Source: Clostridiales bacterium Firm_14
Lineage (GTDB): Bacteria; Bacillota; Clostridia; Saccharofermentanales; Saccharofermentanaceae
Reading direction: 5' to 3'
NCBI GenBank assembly: GCA_001604135.1
Contig: LVAT01000013.1
Location: 260,896 to 324,895 of the forward strand
Length of the DNA: 64,000 nt
Under the pieces are notes generated by a model. That model ran no database searches. It was given only the letters and a program-made list of their open reading frames with translations, and had not been told where the DNA came from. Position numbers and translations under genes: made by a program. This document shows, in pieces, positions 58,764 through 64,000 of this stretch (the first letter of the stretch is position 1; the number at the start of each line of letters is the position of its first letter).

Positions 58764-59597
58764 TCACACCTCACTTCCCTTGTTCTTATTAGTTGCGGCA
58801 ACGTTAGCAGCGCTTCTGGCCTTCTCGCCTGCTCTCGCATAAGAGCTGCCGTAACCGTAGTAACCGCCTGCTGAATCTTCGTTAAGATCAGGAATAGAAG
58901 CAAGAACAGGGATATCCTTGTACTTCTCGAGGAGGAAATCCTCTTCTCTGATCGTGCTGTCCATGAGTGACAACAGGATGATGACGCCGCATGCGATAAC
59001 AAAACCGATCAGCATACCGATTGCCGTATTCTTCGTATAGCTCGGTGATGATGCTGATTTAGCAACAACTGCATAGTCGATAACGCTGACTGATGAACCT
59101 TCAACGATGCCTGAGATACCGGAATTCGGATCTACCATGATCTCTACTACAGTGTTGCAGATATTAGCTGCCATCTCAGGATTAGGATCAGTAACAGTGA
59201 TCTTGAATACAGGAGTATTTCCCTCAGAGCTGCCTGACACCTTAGCCTTCAGCTGCTCATATGTGTAAGGGAGCTCACCCTCATATCTTGCCTGCTCCAA
59301 CGTGGTGCGGCTCTTCAAGATTACGCAGTATGTATCGATCAAGGAGCTCGAAGCATTGATATCACCGCTCGTGATGTTAAGCTTCGTCGATCCGATATCA
59401 AGCGAATTGTTGTTTACATACAACAGAGCCGAAGACTTGTACTGCGGAGTAATAAAGAAAAATGTGTAAAGGAAGAAAGCCACGCCGCCGACAAATGCAG
59501 CCAGAACGATCAACCAGATCTTGCTCCACAGAACCTTAAGCAGTTTAAGCAGATCGATCTCCTGCACGTCCTGCTTATTTTGCAGATTGTTAACCAT
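58764..59597 (-). CDS. cpsC: Wzz/CpsC-type chain-length / BY-kinase transmembrane modulator
   Basis: IDLLKLLKVLWSKIWLIVLAAFVGGVAFFLY (Wzz N-terminus plus TM1) and a second TM near the C-terminus (IGMLIGFVIACGVIILL). Confidence 0.85.
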   Translation of the reverse strand: MVNNLQNKQDVQEIDLLKLLKVLWSKIWLIVLAAFVGGVAFFLYTFFFITPQYKSSALLYVNNNSLDIGSTKLNITSGDINASSSLIDTYCVILKSRTTLEQARYEGELPYTYEQLKAKVSGSSEGNTPVFKITVTDPNPEMAANICNTVVEIMVDPNSGISGIVEGSSVSVIDYAVVAKSASSPSYTKNTAIGMLIGFVIACGVIILLSLMDSTIREEDFLLEKYKDIPVLASIPDLNEDSAGGYYGYGSSYARAGEKARSAANVAATNKNKGSEV

Positions 59598-59761
59598 CAG
59601 TAAGGTACCTCATATTTCTATGCATTGAAATAGACATAATCTAACCTTTTAACTATATCACTAATTTTGTCAATTTCTATTGTAAATTTATTACAAGTAA
59701 AATATTTAGACTTATATAAATCTTCCAACGGACTTAACAATACGATTTACGCCCTTCGGCC

Positions 59762-61231
59762 CTACTCTATCCTGTTTTCCTTCGCCGTAAACAGCATATT
59801 CAGCTCACCGTAAGCCAAGCCGGCATTCATCAGATGGTCTGTCGACGTGCCGACCAGCTTCTCGCCGTCAAAGTAATTAACATACTGACAGCCGCCCATA
59901 AGCCCGGTATAAGATTTATTTAACTCTTCCCACTTGTCGATCTCGTATTTCCTGATGATCTCCATAGCAGGCTCAATAACATCAGCTGTAATGAAGTAGC
60001 GCTGTTTGTTTCTTACAACTAAGAGTTTCTTATCATCTATCCTATAAACGAATAAGGAATCCTGTCTTGGCGGATTGCATGACGCAAATTCAGATATTCC
60101 GAAGAGTTGTTCCTTGACAATAACAGCGCCGCACTCAGAACACTTATCCTCTGTCTGGTTATTAGCTCCGCATTTATCACACGTCCACCCTGCCTGGAAT
60201 TCAGACTCGGGATCAGAAATCTTCACGCTGTCATCCATCTTAAGGTCTACTGTAAAGCAGTTCGGGTTTCCCCAGTTCGCAAGATCCATATGAAGCGTGC
60301 CAAATCCGTACCAGATCTTAACGATTGCGAAGTGGGTTTTATTATTATCATCCTCAAGCTTCCAGTCGTTGGGATATACAGCGAAGTCTTCAATATCGTG
60401 ATCTGTATTCTTAAATCCGTTGACTAACATATTGATCCCGTTCGAATCAGGGTCAAAGCTGTATTCCGTATCTTTGCGGAGATCCACAGGCACTCCGTTA
60501 CTGTAATGAATTACAAAAATCTTAAGGATGTTGTCTTTAAAAATAAGCTTGAATAAGCCCGGGCCGTCAATCTCTGTCCATCCGTGCTGAAGGAGCTGTC
60601 TCTTCTCAAGATCCTGTTCCGCACCTGACTTTGTTTTTGAAGCTACCATCTTACCGCAGTTAGGACAGAATCTGCTCATCGGACCGTTATATCCGCACTC
60701 GCACTGGAACGTTGCTTCTTCCTGCCTCTGCGCACCGCAGTTCGGACAGAACTTGCTGTCAAAATATGTTCCGCATGCACACTGGTATTTGCCGGTGAGG
60801 GCTGCAGCGTTCTCTTTGCCGGCGCGGATAAGCCTAAAATCAATAACACTGTTGGTCGTAAGGTCTGTCAGCTTAAAGCAGAGATAATCGTTATAGGTGT
60901 GCCAGCATTCATCGATTTTATAGAGATCCTTTTCGCCGTCTTTCAAAATGGAACCTTCAAGACCCAGCTGCATGTCTTCGTCGTCATGACGTCTGCTGAC
61001 CATACCGCTGCTGCTTGACATCAACATTGCCATTCCCATGAAGCCGCCGGTTCCGGAGAGCGTCATCGTACTGGTCTGTGTCAGGATAAAGCTGCGCGTA
61101 AGGCTCGCGCCGTTATAATTCACGGTTATGTTCTCAGGAACCGTAAGATCTGCCGTGAACGAACCGTCATTATTCTTCCATATACCTGCCAGGAACTTAT
61201 AGTTCTTGTAATTGGGGTTCATCTCCTGCAT
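59762..61231 (-). CDS. Cytoplasmic protein with three zinc-ribbon motifs, function unknown
   Basis: CACGTYFDSKFCPNCG, CECGYNGPMSRFCPNCG and CDKCGANNQTEDKCSECG. GGAGG lies 7 nt before the ATG. No TM segment or signal peptide. Confidence 0.5.
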   Translation of the reverse strand: MQEMNPNYKNYKFLAGIWKNNDGSFTADLTVPENITVNYNGASLTRSFILTQTSTMTLSGTGGFMGMAMLMSSSSGMVSRRHDDEDMQLGLEGSILKDGEKDLYKIDECWHTYNDYLCFKLTDLTTNSVIDFRLIRAGKENAAALTGKYQCACGTYFDSKFCPNCGAQRQEEATFQCECGYNGPMSRFCPNCGKMVASKTKSGAEQDLEKRQLLQHGWTEIDGPGLFKLIFKDNILKIFVIHYSNGVPVDLRKDTEYSFDPDSNGINMLVNGFKNTDHDIEDFAVYPNDWKLEDDNNKTHFAIVKIWYGFGTLHMDLANWGNPNCFTVDLKMDDSVKISDPESEFQAGWTCDKCGANNQTEDKCSECGAVIVKEQLFGISEFASCNPPRQDSLFVYRIDDKKLLVVRNKQRYFITADVIEPAMEIIRKYEIDKWEELNKSYTGLMGGCQYVNYFDGEKLVGTSTDHLMNAGLAYGELNMLFTAKENRIE

Positions 61232-61262
61232 AGCACCGCCTCCGGTAAAAGTATTCTTACTA

Positions 61263-61289
61263 ATTATATCAATCTATGGCGGTTGCCAA
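61263..61289 (-). promoter_or_regulatory. Candidate promoter of the zinc-ribbon gene (and possibly the downstream cps genes)
   Basis: Minus strand: TTGGCA (61289-61284), 15 nt, TGATATAAT (extended -10; TATAAT at 61268-61263). Confidence 0.4.
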
Positions 61290-61304
61290 AGGCTAATACT
61301 TCAT

Positions 61305-61419
61305 GTTGCATCCGGTGTTGCAGATTTCCGGGCAATTTCTGCAACAAATTATGCAACACGGGACTTTTTGCAAGATTTGTTGCAAGTTGAGGGACCATAT
61401 TCTGCAACATTTTTGCAAC
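61305..61419. repeat. Array of eight TGCAA(C/G) hexamers in four phased pairs
   Basis: Hexamer starts are 61305 and 61317 (GTTGCA), 61340 and 61352 (TGCAAC), 61369 and 61381 (TGCAAG), and 61403 and 61414 (TGCAAC). Spacing within pairs is 11-12 bp. Confidence 0.7.
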
Positions 61420-61493
61420 AGCGCCTCAAACAAGCAAAAAGCGGCGCCTCACACTCGAGACGTCGCTGTAAAAGCTGTTTTGATAGACAATTA

Positions 61494-62771
61494 TCAGCTG
61501 ATCTTATCGAGCGCCTGCTTGAGGTCAGCGATGATATCATCAGGATCTTCCATACCTACGGAGAATCTGATGAGATCCGGTGAGATGCCTGCTTCAGCAA
61601 GCTGCTCGTCTGTAAGCTGTCTGTGTGTATGTGAAGCGGGGTGCAGGAGCAAAGTCTTGCAGTCTGCAACGTGTGTTGCGATCGTAGCGAACTGCAATGA
61701 ATCCATGAACTTGATGGACTTCTCTCTTCCGCCCTTTACGCCAAAGCACATAACGCCGCATGTGCCCTTCGGGCAGTACTTCTGCGCAAGTTCATACTGT
61801 GAATCAGTCTTAAGGCCGGGATACTTTACCCAAGCGATACGGTCATCTGAAGCCAGGAACTCTGCAACCTTCTGAGCGTTTGCGCAGTGGCGTGCCATAC
61901 GTACAGGCAAAGACTCAAGGCCGATCTGGATATAGTAAGCATTCTGAGGTGACTGGATGGAACCGAAGTCTCTCATGAGCTGTGCCGTAGCCTTTGTGAT
62001 GTATGCGCCCTTGCCGAACTTCGTGGCATATGTGATGCCGTGGTAAGACTCGTCAGGTGTGCAAAGGCCGGGGAACTTATCAGCGTGAGCCATCCAGTCG
62101 AAGTTGCCGGAATCAATGATTGCTCCGCCGACAGAAGAACCGTGGCCGTCGATGTACTTTGTTGTTGAGTGAGTAACGATATCGCAGCCGAACTCGATAG
62201 GACGGCAGTTTACAGGTGTTGCAAACGTGTTGTCCATGATGAGCGGGATGCCGTTATTGTGCGCGAGTGCTGCGAACTTCTCGATATCAAGGATATCAAC
62301 AGTAGGATTTGTGATCGTCTCGCCGAATACGCACTTTGTGTTGGGGCGGATATACTTCTGGAGCTCTTCAAGAGGCAGTGTCTGGTCAACGAAAGTGCAC
62401 TCGATGCCCATCTTCTTGAAAGTAACGCCGAAAAGGTTATATGTGCCGCCGTAGATATTTGTTGAAGCGATGAAATGGTCACCTGCCTCGCAGATGTTGA
62501 ATACTGCGAAGAAGTTAGCTGCCTGGCCGGAGCATGTGAGCATTCCTGCAGCGCCGCCTTCCATAGCGCAGAGCTTTGCAGCTACGTAGTCATTTGTCGG
62601 GTTCTGAAGTCTTGTATAGAAATATCCTGATGCCTCAAGATCGAAAAGCTTACCCATATCATCAGATGTCGCATACTTCCAAGTCGTGCTCTGATAGATC
62701 GGAACCTGACGAGGCTCGCCGTTGCCCGGATTGTAACCGCCATGAAGTGCAATTGTGTCAACTGTGCTCAT
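61494..62771 (-). CDS. metY: O-acetylhomoserine sulfhydrylase (PLP-dependent)
   Basis: ALHGGYNPGNGEPRQVPIYQSTTW ... YTRLQNPT ... VTHSTTKYIDGHG (PLP Lys) ... HPASHTH. Confidence 0.9.
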   Translation of the reverse strand: MSTVDTIALHGGYNPGNGEPRQVPIYQSTTWKYATSDDMGKLFDLEASGYFYTRLQNPTNDYVAAKLCAMEGGAAGMLTCSGQAANFFAVFNICEAGDHFIASTNIYGGTYNLFGVTFKKMGIECTFVDQTLPLEELQKYIRPNTKCVFGETITNPTVDILDIEKFAALAHNNGIPLIMDNTFATPVNCRPIEFGCDIVTHSTTKYIDGHGSSVGGAIIDSGNFDWMAHADKFPGLCTPDESYHGITYATKFGKGAYITKATAQLMRDFGSIQSPQNAYYIQIGLESLPVRMARHCANAQKVAEFLASDDRIAWVKYPGLKTDSQYELAQKYCPKGTCGVMCFGVKGGREKSIKFMDSLQFATIATHVADCKTLLLHPASHTHRQLTDEQLAEAGISPDLIRFSVGMEDPDDIIADLKQALDKIS

Positions 62772-62803
62772 TTTTTATATCCTTCTTTCCTATTGATATC
62801 TCG

Positions 62804-64000
62804 TTAATATTCTTCACCTTCGCCGCTGTCGCCGTCATCGCCGGAGATAGCGAGCTCACCTACAAAGACTGACGGAGTAAAGAATTCACCCTCGCCCGAA
62901 GGCAGGTTAATTATATCATTGCCTACGGACTTGATAGATTTTATTACATCATAGAAGTTTCCTGCAACAGTAATCTGCTCAACAGGCCTTCCCTTTTTGC
63001 CGCTTTCGATAAGATATCCTTCGCAAAGCAGCGAGAAATCGCCCGAGATCGCATTAACTCCGGCATGAAGTCCGGACAGATCCGTCAGCATTATTCCCTC
63101 ACCGACTTCCTCCATGAGGCCGTCCAAGTCCTTCTCACCTGCCTCGACAACAAGGTTCGTAGGCATCTCGGACACAGCGCTTCCGGATCTGAATCCGTTG
63201 CCTGTAGATTCGCGGCCTGCCTTATAAGCTGACTTTAAGTCGTAAAGCGCAGTCGCAAATGTGCCGTGGTCGATAATGGCTTTCTCTGTCGTAAGCACGC
63301 CTTCGTCGTCGAAAGGGATCTTGGTGAGGGCCTTTTCGAGCATCGGGCATTCCTTAACGGTAAGAGCCTCAGATGCAATTGCCGTACCCTCCTTGTCAGC
63401 CAGGAGCGACAAGCCTCTCTGCATGGTCGTAGCAAGGAAATTGCCGAAGAAAACCATAAAGAACTGCTGGAAAGCTTCATTCCTTAAGATCGTCTTATAG
63501 CTGCCTGCCTTAACGGATTTCGCGCCCATCTTGCCGATCAGGTTATCCTTGAACTTCTTAAGGAACTTCTCCTGGTCGAAATCATCGATATCCTTGCCGA
63601 TCCAGTAATGTCCGCCGCTCTTAACGCTTCCGTCAGAATCAACGGCTCTCGCAGATGCCACGAGCGATATTCCGTCCGTGTCCCTGTAGGAATGGAGCCC
63701 CTTTGAATTGATTATGAGATAAGGCCCCGTGCCGCATGAGATCGACAGTATATCGACCGCATCGATCCTCTCATCGAGCGCAAGAATCGCCTTCTCAAGG
63801 CCCAGTCCCAGCTCTTCGAATCTCTTATATGTGTTCTTCGCAAATGCTTCCGTCGTCTGCGAGAAGTACAAGTTCTTGTTATCCTCATCGCAGTATATGA
63901 ACTGCGGATCTTCGTCGTTTAAGACTTCGCAGTTCTCCATCGCCGACTTCAAAAGAAAATCGATCGAATCGTCACTAAGGATGTTGGTCGAGCAATAACC
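62804..64000 (-). CDS. TldD/PmbA-family metallopeptidase, 5' end beyond the window
   Basis: The C-terminal TVAGNFYDVIKSIKSVGNDIINLPSGEGEFFTPSVFVGELAISG is typical of PmbA/TldD. The frame remains open upstream of the track's TTG at 63952, out to position 64000. Confidence 0.8.
   Translation of the reverse strand, partial: GYCSTNILSDDSIDFLLKSAMENCEVLNDEDPQFIYCDEDNKNLYFSQTTEAFAKNTYKRFEELGLGLEKAILALDERIDAVDILSISCGTGPYLIINSKGLHSYRDTDGISLVASARAVDSDGSVKSGGHYWIGKDIDDFDQEKFLKKFKDNLIGKMGAKSVKAGSYKTILRNEAFQQFFMVFFGNFLATTMQRGLSLLADKEGTAIASEALTVKECPMLEKALTKIPFDDEGVLTTEKAIIDHGTFATALYDLKSAYKAGRESTGNGFRSGSAVSEMPTNLVVEAGEKDLDGLMEEVGEGIMLTDLSGLHAGVNAISGDFSLLCEGYLIESGKKGRPVEQITVAGNFYDVIKSIKSVGNDIINLPSGEGEFFTPSVFVGELAISGDDGDSGEGEEY

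Noticed and set aside
61212-61875. Plus-strand ORFs of 123 and 190 aa spanning the metY 3' end and the intergenic repeat array.
   Set aside because: They are antisense to metY and run through the TGCAAC repeat array. Their Cys/Gln/Leu-rich translations directly reflect the repeat. There is no SD.
1-64000. Window-wide look for CRISPR arrays, tRNA or rRNA genes, transposases, integrases, phage genes or long terminal inverted repeats that could explain the compositional mosaic.
   Set aside because: None was seen. Intergenic regions are short, and the longer ones (35177-35480, 35868-36130, 54436-54702, 59598-59761, 61232-61493) contain only the promoters, hairpins and repeats reported above.

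Overview
The window looks like a low-GC Firmicutes (Clostridia-like) chromosome segment, with almost every gene on the minus strand. All calls rest on motif recognition by eye; no database search was possible.

Layout:
- 1-9.95 kb holds a mixed accessory stretch. It contains a truncated secreted protein, an orphan radical SAM/SPASM maturase, a VanZ-like protein, an FRG-domain protein, a secreted transglutaminase-like protein and D-lactate dehydrogenase. It also holds an mqsR/mqsA-like toxin-antitoxin pair, whose antitoxin carries an extra DUF4065/Panacea domain, and an orphan higA.
- 9.96-59.6 kb is a surface-polysaccharide super-locus of about 50 kb. It starts, in the minus-strand direction of transcription, with cpsC/cpsD/cpsB-like regulators, a class B sortase with an SPQTG substrate, an LCP ligase and capD.
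- Three biosynthetic modules follow. Together they carry 3 Wzy-like polymerases, 4 MOP flippases, 2 priming phosphoglycosyl transferases, about 14 glycosyltransferases, 2 acetyltransferases, TagD/TagF/LicD-type phospho-substituent genes and nucleotide-sugar enzymes.
- Stretches that are visibly AT-rich alternate with GC-richer ones.
- 59.7-64 kb holds a triple zinc-ribbon protein, metY and a truncated tldD/pmbA-family gene.
- No rRNA, tRNA, CRISPR array, transposase or integrase was seen.

Best leads:
1. A conserved 5' leader of about 150 nt is present twice, directly upstream of the two polysaccharide priming units (35075-35223 and 54436-54592). It has two identical 14-mers, a conserved hairpin, and co-varying local and distal pairing partners. 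This is a candidate structured regulatory RNA.
2. A sortase B and its (S/P)PxTG substrate are embedded inside the capsule regulatory operon, with an internal terminator.
3. Eight TGCAAC hexamers at 11-12 bp phasing lie just upstream of the promoter that precedes the locus.
4. An mqsR-like toxin has no canonical start codon. An ATT sits behind a perfect Shine-Dalgarno (SD) sequence, and a 16-bp palindrome overlaps the -10.
5. There are two unusual fusions: an HTH domain on UDP-glucose dehydrogenase, and an SDR on a cytidylyltransferase.
6. There is a decayed UDP-glucuronate-epimerase-type pseudogene.
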